Source of the DNA: an uncultured Planctomycetaceae bacterium
GTDB lineage: Bacteria > Planctomycetota > Planctomycetia > Pirellulales > UBA1268
NCBI GenBank assembly: GCA_903831155.1
Contig: CAIKWU010000569.1
Coordinates: 1 to 47,388 of the forward strand
Reading direction: 5' to 3'
DNA: 47,388 bases
The notes under the pieces were generated by a model that saw only the letters and a list, made by a program, of their open reading frames with translations, had not been told where the DNA came from and made no database searches. Positions 35,655 through 45,300 of the stretch are shown here, piece after piece. A program made the translations under genes and the position numbers. How positions within the stretch are numbered: the stretch's first letter is position 1; the number at the start of each line of letters is the position of its first letter.

Positions 35655-36485
35655 ATGCGGCTCGGCCGTCGCCGGATCACCGGCAAGCGATTCATCGTCA
35701 CGGGAGCCTCTTCGGGAGTCGGCAGGGCGGTCGCGGTCGAACTTGCCCGCCGCGGCGCGCGGGTGCTCGCGACGGCCCGCCGGCAGGAGAGGCTCGAGGA
35801 TCTCGCCCGCTCCTCGCCGTCGATCACTCCGCTGGCGGGCGACATCTGTGACCCCGGCTTCCGCACGCGGCTGGTCGCGTTGGCCACCGAACGGTTCGGC
35901 GGTCTCGACGGAGTCGTGGCGGCGGCCGGCGGCGGTGCGATCGGCCGCTTTCGCGACCTCTCGTCCGACACCTTCGCAAGGGTGATGGATCTCGACTTCA
36001 CCGCTCCCGCCGAACTCGTCCGCGCGTCGCTGCCCGCGCTCGCCGAAGGCCACGATCCGGTGATCGTGTTCATCGGCTCGATCCTCGGGCTCCATCCCCT
36101 GCCCCTCCACGGCGAGTACTGCGCCGCCAAGGCCGCGCTCAAGTCGCTCGCCGGCACGCTGCGAACGGAACTGGCGGCCGACGGTATCGGCGTGCTCCTC
36201 GTCGATCTCGGCCCCACGGAGTCGGAGTTCTGGGGCTCGCTGCTGGCCGGCGAACGGCCGCCATGGTCGAGGGGCCGAAGGATGCCGGCCGAGGCTGCGG
36301 CACGGACGATCACCGCCGCCATCGAACGCCGCCGGACCGAGATCGCACCGGGCTGGCAGGCACGCGGCTACGCCCTCGCCGCCCGATTCATGCCCCGCTT
36401 GATCGATCGCGCCGCCGCCCGACACTTGAGGGGCGGCCGCGGACGCGGCACCGGCCCACGAACGGGTCCGGAAGGCACGACCTGA
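35655..36485 (+). CDS. SDR-family oxidoreductase
   Basis: TGASSGVGRAVA (TGxxxGxG) and the catalytic YCAAKAAL. The gene starts 4 nt after the hflX stop. Confidence 0.85.
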   Translation: MRLGRRRITGKRFIVTGASSGVGRAVAVELARRGARVLATARRQERLEDLARSSPSITPLAGDICDPGFRTRLVALATERFGGLDGVVAAAGGGAIGRFRDLSSDTFARVMDLDFTAPAELVRASLPALAEGHDPVIVFIGSILGLHPLPLHGEYCAAKAALKSLAGTLRTELAADGIGVLLVDLGPTESEFWGSLLAGERPPWSRGRRMPAEAAARTITAAIERRRTEIAPGWQARGYALAARFMPRLIDRAAARHLRGGRGRGTGPRTGPEGTT

Positions 36486-36493
36486 TCACCGCC

Positions 36494-36949
36494 ATGAACG
36501 TCGACGCACTCTTCGTGATCGCCTGCCCGACGTGCCGGGGAAACCTCGCGACGCTCGTCGGCCATGGGGGCCGGACGGGCTGCTGCCCGCTGTGTGCCGC
36601 CATCTTCCTGGTGCCGGCCGCTCCTTCGGTCACCGAGCCGCCGGTCAGCGACCATCCGCCCGCGGTCGCAGCTCCGGCCACGGCCAGGCCTCAACCAGAG
36701 CCCGATCCTTTCGCCGGGCTCGAGGCCGCCGGCGAAGGATCTCGGGAGCCAGCCACCGTGTCGCCGGGGCTGGTCTTTCGTGATCCGGTGAGGACCATCG
36801 GCGACGGTTCTTCCACCGTCGAACTCCGCAGGCTCACCGACGAGGAGCGGCGGGTGCGGCGGGCACGACGCAACATCTTCCTGCTGGTCGCGGGAGGCGC
36901 CGTGCTCATCATGCTCACGGTCGCCTTCGGCTATCGGCCGGCGCGTTGA
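36494..36949 (+). CDS. hypothetical zinc-ribbon protein with C-terminal TM anchor
   Basis: 151 aa from the ATG at 36494, in frame with track ORF 36263-36949. CPTC...CCPLC Cys pairs, a Pro-rich linker, and the C-terminal helix IFLLVAGGAVLIMLTVAFG. GC3 is high. Confidence 0.55.
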   Translation: MNVDALFVIACPTCRGNLATLVGHGGRTGCCPLCAAIFLVPAAPSVTEPPVSDHPPAVAAPATARPQPEPDPFAGLEAAGEGSREPATVSPGLVFRDPVRTIGDGSSTVELRRLTDEERRVRRARRNIFLLVAGGAVLIMLTVAFGYRPAR

Positions 36950-37031
36950 ACGCGTCTGGTACGGCCCCCGCTTGATCCCAGCCCGCCCGGGCGTGGATGG
37001 ACGGCCATGCGAGGCTCACGCGTGATCCGTC

Positions 37032-37937
37032 TCAGCCGCCCGCCTCGAGGGATTCCCCGATCGCGAGCAGTTCGGGGGCGTCGAGAAACGCGTCGTTGCC
37101 CGCGAAGATCCTCGCCACTGCGGCCTTGTGGATCTTCATCTTGGTGCCGCCCACGCCAAGCGCGCCGTAGACGACGGCCGTCCCGTCCACCCGCGCCCTG
37201 TCCGGGCCCGCGATCCCCGCGATGCCCGCGGGCGGCACGGCGTTGAGATCGACGAGCACCCGCGCCATCGCGGCCGCCTTCCGCCCGGCCTCGTCGAGGA
37301 GCATCGCCCCCGCCGCGCCGGCCGCCACGATCACCTCGGCCTGCTCGAGCGCGGTCGCGAACGCCGACCCCGGCAGGCAGGCTGCCCCGTGATGCTCGAC
37401 CGCCTCGATCCGCGATGGCATCGCCCCCGCCGCCACGATCCGTCCGACCACGAGCTCCGCCCGCTCCCGCGACCGGGAAACGACCGTGACATGGCAGCCC
37501 TTGCCCGCGAGCAGACCGACGACCCGCTCACCCACCGGCCCGGTGCCGCCCAGCACGACCGCCCGACACGGTGCGGCGGACCCGCGGGAGAGTTGGACGT
37601 GCCGCCCGGCGGCGATCACGGCGGCGCTCGCCGTCGTGTTGGCGCCGGACGGATCGACCAAAACGCCGAGCCTCACCGGCCCGAAGAACGCCGACCGCAC
37701 CTTCGCCGCCACCGCCTCCGCAGCGGCGACGTCGGAGCCACCGATGAAGATCGCGGTCGCTGCGAGGTCGGCCCCGCCGCGTGTGAACATTCCGCCATGC
37801 ACGAGCGGCACGACCGAATCGACCGACACGCCGCCATGACGGAGGAGCACGTCCACCCCGGCGTCGACGGCCACGATGGCGTCGAACGTGCTCGGCTGCG
37901 GATCGCAGTCAAGCTGGATGAGCACCTTCTTGGGCAC
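37032..37937 (-). CDS. NAD(P)-dependent methylene-tetrahydromethanopterin dehydrogenase (Mtd family)
   Basis: 301 aa. An Mtd-type N-terminal domain (KVLIQLDCDPQPSTFD...FIGGSD) and a Rossmann segment VVLGGTGPVGERV. GTG start preceded by GAAGGAG. The gene lies downstream of fae. Confidence 0.85.
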   Translation of the reverse strand: MPKKVLIQLDCDPQPSTFDAIVAVDAGVDVLLRHGGVSVDSVVPLVHGGMFTRGGADLAATAIFIGGSDVAAAEAVAAKVRSAFFGPVRLGVLVDPSGANTTASAAVIAAGRHVQLSRGSAAPCRAVVLGGTGPVGERVVGLLAGKGCHVTVVSRSRERAELVVGRIVAAGAMPSRIEAVEHHGAACLPGSAFATALEQAEVIVAAGAAGAMLLDEAGRKAAAMARVLVDLNAVPPAGIAGIAGPDRARVDGTAVVYGALGVGGTKMKIHKAAVARIFAGNDAFLDAPELLAIGESLEAGG

Positions 37938-38067
37938 GGCGCAGGCTCCTTCGGCCCACGAGACCGCTCGCCCGGGAGGGCGAGCCTCTGCCCGTCCGGG
38001 TGCACCTCTGCACCCGGACGGGCCAAGACTGCCGGGGCCACGGATGGCCCGTCAGCCGTGAACCAGC

Positions 38068-38565
38068 TCAGAACCCGCGGAACGGGTGAGCGGCCTTGTC
38101 CTTGCCGGCGATCATCTCGTCGGCGGTCGGCTTGCCGGTCATCGCGTTGGCGATGGCGTCCATGGTCGCCTGGTAGTTGTAGTCGTAGATCTTCTTGTCG
38201 TCGGCGGCGAGCCAGTGGATGAACACGCCACACACGACCACGAGCTTCTCGGCGTCGCTCTTGGGGATCACACCCGAGGCCACACTGTCGGCCACGGCCT
38301 TGGCGACGGCGGCCTGCGCGGGGCCGAACATCTGCACGGCCTGCTTGGCTCCCTTGATCGTCACCTTCGTGATCATCACCGTCGAGGGCTTGACCGCGAG
38401 GTTGGGGGTGAGCACCGCGAGCAGGTTCGAGTGACCCTCGCTCTGCCGCGCCAGCGCGTTGGCGAACGCCACGCCCACGGGGCCGTCCTTGCTGCCGATC
38501 AGGAGATCGATGTGGGCGATCTCGTTGCCCTCACCGCACAGTGCCTCACCAACGAACATCGACAT
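38068..38565 (-). CDS. fae: formaldehyde-activating enzyme
   Basis: 165 aa from the ATG at 38565. VGEALCGEGNEIAHIDLLIGSKDGPVGVAFANALA and VCGVFIHW are typical Fae segments. Confidence 0.9.
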   Translation of the reverse strand: MSMFVGEALCGEGNEIAHIDLLIGSKDGPVGVAFANALARQSEGHSNLLAVLTPNLAVKPSTVMITKVTIKGAKQAVQMFGPAQAAVAKAVADSVASGVIPKSDAEKLVVVCGVFIHWLAADDKKIYDYNYQATMDAIANAMTGKPTADEMIAGKDKAAHPFRGF

Positions 38566-38667
38566 GGGCCACTCTCCAGGAAGATTGCGAATGGGACGTA
38601 CTGAAACGGGCCGACAGGATACCATGACCGCGCATCCTCACAAGGAGCGGCCCGCGGGCCGGAGTCG

Positions 38668-39912
38668 ATGGGCGGGGAGGCGGTCCGAGGCGAGCCGGCG
38701 CGGTGCATCGTCGTCGGGGCGAGCGTCCGGGCGTTCGCCGAGTCGGCCGCGCGGGGCGGATGGAGCGTGCATGCCGCCGACCTCTTCGGCGACGTCGATC
38801 TCCGGGCCGCCGCGACCGAGGTCGTGCGTGTCGGTGCCGGCGCCGATGCCGCCTACCCGCGCGGGCTGCCCGGCGTGGTGGAGCGGTTTCCCCCGGCACC
38901 CGTGGCCTACACGGGTGCGCTCGAGAATCATCCCGACGTGATCGAGGCGCTCGCCCGCGAGCGACCGCTGGCCGGCTGCGCCGCGGCCGCGGTGCGCAGC
39001 GTCCGTGATCCGCGCGATCTCGCGGCCGTGGTCCACGATGCGGGGCTCCGCTTCCCCGAGACGGTCGCGTCGCCGGCGGGCCTGCCGACCGATGGAACCT
39101 TCCTGGTGAAGCGGCGGGCCTCCGCCGGCGGCCGCGGCATCACAGCGTGGCGCGGCGATGCCGCGGCCGCCGCGCGAGACGACGTCCACTGGCAGCGCTT
39201 CGTGCCGGGCGAGCCGTGGTCGGCGGCGTGGATCGCGCGGGGCGGCGGCGCCACCCTCGTGGGAGCGAGCCAGCCGCTTCGCGGCGGGCCGTGGTGCGGG
39301 GCGGGGCCCTTCGCCTACTGCGGCTCCGTCGACGCGCCGCTCACGCAGCTGCCCGACCGGCTCAGGCGGGCCTTCGAGTCGCTCGGCAACGGACTGGCGA
39401 GAGCATTCGACCTCGTGGGTGCGTTCGGCAGCGACGTGATCGTGGACGAGTCGGGCATCGTCCACGTGCTCGAGGTCAATCCTCGCCCCACCGCCTCGAT
39501 GGAGCTCGTCGAGCGGTCGACCGGGTGGTCGCTCGCGTCCGCGCATCTCGCGGCCTGCGGCATGGCCGCCGCGCCAGCGGCCATGTCCCCCGGCGACGGC
39601 GTCTGGGCGAAGGCGATCGTCCATGCGCCCCGGCGGCCGCGGCCGGGCCTCGTGGAGCGCATCCTCGACGTCGCGGAGCCATGGACGCTGCACGATGGCA
39701 GGGCCGCCGTCGCCGACGTGCCCCCGAGCGGGTTCCCGATCGTCGGCGGGGCGCCGCTCGTCACGGCGTTCGCGCGGAGGCCGACCCGGGCCGCCGCGGC
39801 CGCCGAACTACGTGCCCGCGTGCGTCGACTCAGGAGGCTCGCCGCCGGCGACGTCAGCCTGCGAGGCGACGACCGACCACGTCCGCGGCTTCGTCGAGGA
39901 CGTACTGCATGA
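38668..39912 (+). CDS. ATP-grasp domain protein of the kind associated with H4MPT/C1 clusters
   Basis: 414 aa. FLVKRRASAGGRGI, GAFGSDVIVDESGIVHVLEVNPRPTASMEL. Divergent from fae. The last 59 nt overlap the rimI 3' end. Confidence 0.75.
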   Translation: MGGEAVRGEPARCIVVGASVRAFAESAARGGWSVHAADLFGDVDLRAAATEVVRVGAGADAAYPRGLPGVVERFPPAPVAYTGALENHPDVIEALARERPLAGCAAAAVRSVRDPRDLAAVVHDAGLRFPETVASPAGLPTDGTFLVKRRASAGGRGITAWRGDAAAAARDDVHWQRFVPGEPWSAAWIARGGGATLVGASQPLRGGPWCGAGPFAYCGSVDAPLTQLPDRLRRAFESLGNGLARAFDLVGAFGSDVIVDESGIVHVLEVNPRPTASMELVERSTGWSLASAHLAACGMAAAPAAMSPGDGVWAKAIVHAPRRPRPGLVERILDVAEPWTLHDGRAAVADVPPSGFPIVGGAPLVTAFARRPTRAAAAAELRARVRRLRRLAAGDVSLRGDDRPRPRLRRGRTA

Positions 39913-40312
39913 GGTAGGCGTCCTCGGTCGAGTCCCTGTAGAAGTCCTTCAGCACACTCGTGGCCCGAAAGCCGAGCGACCGGAAGAAGAGCTGCGCCGC
40001 CAGGTTGGTCTCCCGCACCTCCAGCATGATGCGGCCGCGTCGATCGGGCGTGAGCTTGCCGATCAGCTTCTCCAGCATGTGCGTGCCGATGCCCAGCCGG
40101 CGGTGGGACCGCGTGACCGCGAAGTTCAGCATGTGCAGCCGCGACCGGTGGAGCTCGTAGATCATGAAGGCGACCACGGAGTCGGCGATCTCGGCGACCA
40201 TGCCGATGCAGTTCCGCTGCCGGAGGCACCTCGTGAAGTCTTCCTCCGACCACGGAAACTCGAAGGCCTCCTGTTCGATGCCGAGCACCTCGGGCATGTC
40301 ACGGCGAATCAT
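39854..40312 (-). CDS. rimI: ribosomal-protein-alanine N-acetyltransferase (GNAT)
   Basis: 152 aa from the ATG at 40312. IRRDMPEVLGIEQEAFEFPW, AVTRSHRRLGIGTHML and EVRETNLAAQLFFRSLGF. The upstream part of the track ORF (to 40768) is low-complexity junk. Confidence 0.85.
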   Translation of the reverse strand: MIRRDMPEVLGIEQEAFEFPWSEEDFTRCLRQRNCIGMVAEIADSVVAFMIYELHRSRLHMLNFAVTRSHRRLGIGTHMLEKLIGKLTPDRRGRIMLEVRETNLAAQLFFRSLGFRATSVLKDFYRDSTEDAYLMQYVLDEAADVVGRRLAG

Positions 40313-40592
40313 CCAGCGCACATGGATCCCCAGGCCGTGGGAAGCGGCGGTCGTCACGATGATGGCTCCGATGGACGGGTATGGAGGCGATGCCGGCGCC
40401 GGGGCGGCACGGGCCCGCGGGGGAGGCGGACCGTAGCAGGCTGGTTCGCGCCGGGCAATCGCGGCCGGGGCCGGCGGATGGGCCCAAACCACCCTTGACC
40501 CCCGCGCCGGAGCCGCCCTACCTTCCCCCGCCTTTCGTCCCGGCCGCCCGGGCCGGGCCGCGACGTCTCCTTCCTCCGCCGGATCCCATCGC

Positions 40593-42347
40593 ATGCGCGA
40601 CACCGACCGCCTTCGCGGAACGCACGGCCGAGACGCGACGCCGTTCCCCGGAGCCCTCGTCGCGGCCTGCTGCGTGATGACGGTTCTCGCGGCCGGATGT
40701 GCCGGTCCGGCGATCCGCAGCCAGAGCCCCGAGCTCGAGGCCCTCGCCGAGCTCGAGGCCGACACCAAGCTCGTGGGCGACTACACCGCCCCGTGGGGCC
40801 TCAACGGCAAGCGCATCGAGCGTGCCGCGCTCGTGACCGGCCTGTCCGACACGGGCAGCGATCCGCCGCCGGGACCCCAGCGACAGACGCTCCTCGCCGA
40901 CATGCAGTCCCGCGGCGTCCTCGAACCCAACGCCCTGCTCGCCTCGAGATCGACCTCGCTCGTCTGGGTGCACGGCTACCTCCCTCCCGGCGTGCGCAGG
41001 GGCGATCGCTTCGACATCTACGTGGAGGTTCCCTCGGACAACGAGACCACGAGTCTCGCGGACGGCTGGCTGATGGAGACCCGCCTCGCGGAGATGGCGG
41101 TGATCGGCAACACCATCCGCGACGGCCACGAACTGGGGGTGGCCGAGGGGCCGCTGCTCGTCGACCCCGTCTCCGGCGGTACGCTCGACTCGAAGTCGCG
41201 GATCCGGGCCCGCGTGCCCGGCGGCGGCATCGCACTGACCGACCGCGACCTCGGCCTGATCCTCGCAGCCGACCACCGCTCGTTTGCGATGTCGAAGCGT
41301 CTCGGCGACTGGATCAACCGCCGGTTCCACGCCGTCATCAAGGGCGTGAAGCGCGGCGTCGCCACCCCCAAGACCGACCGCTACGTCGAGCTCGAGGTGC
41401 CGCCGATCTACCGCAACAACCTCGCCCGCTACGTCAGAGTCGTGCAGAGCATCGCCGTGATCGAGCCCCCCGGGGGCCGCCACGCGCGGATGCAGCTGCT
41501 GGCGAGGCAGCTCACCGATCCCGTCACGGCTCCGGTGGCGGCCCTGCGGCTCGAGGCGATCGGCAAGGAGGCGATCCCCACGCTCCGCGAGGCCCTCGCC
41601 TCCAAGGACCCGGAGATCCGCTTCGCCGCCGCGGAGGCACTCGCCTACCTCGGCGAATCGATCGCAGCGGCACACCTCGCCGAAGCCTCGTCCACCCTTC
41701 GCAGCGCCCGCCCCGCAGCGCTTGCCGCGCTTGGCGTGCTCGACGACGCCAACGGCGTCGATGCGCTGCAGTCACTGCTCACCAGCCGCAGCGCCGAGAC
41801 CCGCTACGGTGCGTTCCGCGCCCTCTGGCGGATGGACCCCGAACTCCCCTTGGTCCGCGGGGAGCGGCTTGGCGACGCGTGCTCGATGCACGTGGTCGAC
41901 GTCGACGGCCCGCCGCTGATCCACGTCACCCGCAGCCATCGCCCGGAGATCGTCTTCTTCAACGCGGAGCATCCGGTCGCAGACGGCCTGAGGGCCGAGG
42001 CGGGACCGTCGATCGTGGTGGTCGTCGAGGGTGACACGGCCACGGTCACCCGCTTCACGCCGGGCCAGTCGGACCAGCAGGCGGAGGTGCCGGCCACCGC
42101 GGATGCGATCGTCCGTTCGGTCGTCGGGCTCGGGGGCACCTACCCCGATGCGGTCCAGTTTCTCCAGCAGGCGAGCGCGGCCCGTGCGATCCAGAGCCGG
42201 CTGGCCTTCGACGCGGTTCCGCACGAGCTCGACGGACGGCCGACGATCCACGAGGAGGCGTCAGCACGCGCCCGCGACATCCCGGACGAGGCCGACGCTG
42301 CCCGGGCGTCGGGCGACCAGGACGACGGCGCTGACGAAGCCGAATGA
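40593..42347 (+). CDS. lipoprotein with FlgI (flagellar P-ring)-like N-terminal domain fused to HEAT repeats
   Basis: Lipobox LAAGC after a hydrophobic segment. ALVTGLSDTGSD...QRQTLLADMQSRGV...RRGDRFDIYVEVPSDNETTSLADGWLMETRL aligns by eye with the FlgI core GLVVGLDGTGD...QTLNNMLSQLGI...[27 protein letters not shown]. The later segment DPEIRFAAAEALAYLG is HEAT/PBS-lyase-like. Confidence 0.7.
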   Translation: MRDTDRLRGTHGRDATPFPGALVAACCVMTVLAAGCAGPAIRSQSPELEALAELEADTKLVGDYTAPWGLNGKRIERAALVTGLSDTGSDPPPGPQRQTLLADMQSRGVLEPNALLASRSTSLVWVHGYLPPGVRRGDRFDIYVEVPSDNETTSLADGWLMETRLAEMAVIGNTIRDGHELGVAEGPLLVDPVSGGTLDSKSRIRARVPGGGIALTDRDLGLILAADHRSFAMSKRLGDWINRRFHAVIKGVKRGVATPKTDRYVELEVPPIYRNNLARYVRVVQSIAVIEPPGGRHARMQLLARQLTDPVTAPVAALRLEAIGKEAIPTLREALASKDPEIRFAAAEALAYLGESIAAAHLAEASSTLRSARPAALAALGVLDDANGVDALQSLLTSRSAETRYGAFRALWRMDPELPLVRGERLGDACSMHVVDVDGPPLIHVTRSHRPEIVFFNAEHPVADGLRAEAGPSIVVVVEGDTATVTRFTPGQSDQQAEVPATADAIVRSVVGLGGTYPDAVQFLQQASAARAIQSRLAFDAVPHELDGRPTIHEEASARARDIPDEADAARASGDQDDGADEAE

Positions 42348-45300
42348 CGCGGCTCACCGCCCTGGAGCTCTTCGGCTTCAAGAGCTTCGCCGACCGGACC
42401 CGCTTCGAGTTCCCCGCGGGCATCACCGTGGTCGTGGGCCCCAACGGCTCCGGGAAGTCGAACGTCGTCGATGCGATCAAGTGGGTGCTCGGCGAGCAGT
42501 CGGTGCGCAGCCTGCGGGGCAAGGAGATGACCGACGTCATCTTCGCGGGCTCCGCATCCCGCAAGCCGCTCAACATGGCCGAGGTGTCACTGATCTTCGA
42601 CAACTCGTCCCGCGAGCTGCCGGTGACCACCGACGAGGTTCAGATCTCGCGACGGGTCTACCGCAACGGTGACAGCGAGTATCTCGTCAACGGAGAGACG
42701 GCGAGGCTCCGCGACATCCGCGAGCTCTTCTCGGGCACCGGTGCGGCGACCGAGGCGTACAGCGTGATCGAGCAGGGCCGCGTCGATGCCCTGCTCGTGG
42801 CGAGCGGCCGCGACCGGCGGATCGTGTTCGAGGAGGCGGCCGGCATCACGAGGTTCCGCAGCCGTCGCGCGGAGGCGCTCCGCCGCCTGGAGCGGGCCGA
42901 GTTGAACCGCCAGCGGCTCGCCGACATCGTGGGCGAGGTGGCGAGCCGGCTGGAGACCGTGCGACATCAGGCGGCGCGGGCCCGTCGCTGGCGCGCGATG
43001 CAGGACCGCCTGCGCCGCTTTCGGCTCGCCGCCGCGAAACGGGATCTCTCGGGTGTCGATGCGGCGATCGAGACGGTGGGGAACTCGCTCGCCGATGCCA
43101 CCGGGGCGACCGAGGCCAACGAGACCCGGGCCGCCGTCCTGACCATCTCCGCCGCCACGCTGGCCGCCGCGGCCGACACCCTCCAGCCGCGGCTCGCGGC
43201 GGTCCGTGAGTCGGCCGCCGCGGATGCCCAGCGGCTCGCCGCTGCCGAGGCGACGGAAGTGCTCGTTCGTGGACGGCGGGGCGAGTTCGACGCCGACGTC
43301 GCCCGGACGGCGGAGGCCGTCGTCAGCGCCGTCCGCGACGAGCAGGCCGCCGCGGGTGCCGTCGCCGCCGCCGAGGCCACCTCGTCGACGATCGCCGGCA
43401 CGCTCGATTCGCTCCGCGAGTCGCTGGTCACGCGGGAGTCGGCGGTCGCAGGCTCGCAGCACGACGCCGCCACCGCCCGTGCAGCCCTCGAGGAGGCCAC
43501 CTCGGCACTGGCGGACCTGACGCGCCGCCAGTTCCGCCTCGAAACCGATCACGAGCGGGCGATGGCCACCGCCGGCGACGCCCGCGCGGCTGCCGACGCG
43601 GCCCACCGTGCCGTCACCGAGGCCCGCGGCCGCCATGCCTCCTTCGGCGAGTCGCGGGCTGCCCGTGAGGGGCACCTCACGTCGATCGAGGCGCGGCTCG
43701 GAACCGCCGCAACCGACCTCGAGTCGCTCGAGGCGGTGCAGCGCGACGCGACCGCCGCGCTGCAGGCCGCATGGCGCGATCTCGCGGGCTGGCGAGCCGC
43801 GCTCGAGGCCTGCCGCGAACGTCGCGGCATACTCCAGGACATCGTCGACCGCCACGAGGGCCTCTCCGAGGCCTCCCGCAGCCTCATCCGCAGCCCGGAA
43901 GCGGCGTCCGTTCCCGGGCTCGCCGGCGTGCTCGCCGACCTCGTCGTCGCCGGAGTCGAGTGGGCTCCGCTCGTCGACATCACCCTCGGCGAACTCGGGC
44001 AGAGCCTCGTGGTCGATTCGCTCGCCGAGGCGATCGACTGGCATGCCTCGTGGGCGCGGACGCCCGAGGCCGACGCCGTCCTGGCCGCCGGCGGCCGGAT
44101 CGGTTTTCTGGCCGCGCGACACCTGCACGATCCCGACGACTTCGACCCGGGGCCGCATCCCGGCGTGGTGGGACGCCTCGACCGGCTCGTCGCAGAGAGC
44201 CGGCAACCGGGACCGCTGCCCGACCTGATCCGCCGCCTGCTCGGCCGCGCCTGGGTCGTCGACCGCCTCGAGCACGCCCTGCCCCTCGTCGCCGGCGCGC
44301 CGTCCGGCACGCTGTTCCTCACCCGCGACGGTGCCAGCCTCGTGGCCGACGGCGGCTTCACGGTCGGCACCGCCGCCGCCGCCACGGGCCTCGTGGCCCG
44401 CCGCAGCGAGCTGCGGGCGCTCGACGAACGGCACGCCGAACTCGCACGAACCGTCGATCGGTCCCAGGCCCTCATCGACGCGACCCAGGCGGAGATCGAC
44501 GCCCGCACCGGCGAGATCGCCCTGGCCGCGAGCCGCCGCCGCGACGCGGGAGAGGCGGTCGCGGCCGCCCGCACGGAGCTGGCCCGAGTCGCCCGCGACG
44601 AGCGATCCGCGGGTGAGGCCATCACGGCCGCGGAGGCCGAGGCCCGCCGGGCCGACCAGCGGGCAATCGCCGCGGAGACCGCCCGCGAGTCGGCGGCACG
44701 GGACCTCCGCGCTGCGACCGACCTGCTCGCGGAGGCGCAGGGCCTGGCGGACCGCTGCCGGACCGCGATCGCCGACGTCGAGCGGGACCGCGGCGTCACG
44801 ATCGAGGAGATGCACCGGCTGCGGGTCGACGAGGCCGCGATGGCCGAGAAGCTCGCCCGTTCCCGCGACGCGGTGTCCGCCGCCGCGGCATCGCTGGCCA
44901 CGCGGCGAGGACAGGTCGTCGAGGCCCGCGAGCGGCTCACGGTGGCTCGGCACCGGACGTCCGTGCACGAGCTCGAGATGCTCAACGCGTCGGAAGCGCG
45001 TGCCGAGGCGGCCTGGATCGCGGAGCGGTCCGCCGCCGCGCTCGCCGTCCTGATCGGCGAGGCGGAGGGGATCGACGCGGACCGCCAGCGGGTGACAGCC
45101 GAGCAGGACGAGGCCCGGGCCACGGCCACGTCCCTCGCGGAGCGGCTCCACACCCTGCAGCTCGAGGTTGGCGAAGCCCGCCACCAACGGGCCCGGATCG
45201 TCGAGCGCATCCGCGATGAGTACGACATCGACATCGACGCGCTGCTCGCCGCCGGCCCCGCCGAGGCGGCCGCAGGCGACGGCGATGAGGAGCCGATCCC

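Noticed and set aside
40313-40768. N-terminal extension of rimI to 304 aa. Similar extensions were considered for rluA (to 14807), PhoH2 (to 19975), fae (to 38625), fabI (from 21977) and mch (from 29440).
   Set aside because: The extended parts are low-complexity, lack family similarity and overlap promoter-like or neighbouring-gene sequence. Internal starts with plausible RBS match the usual family lengths.
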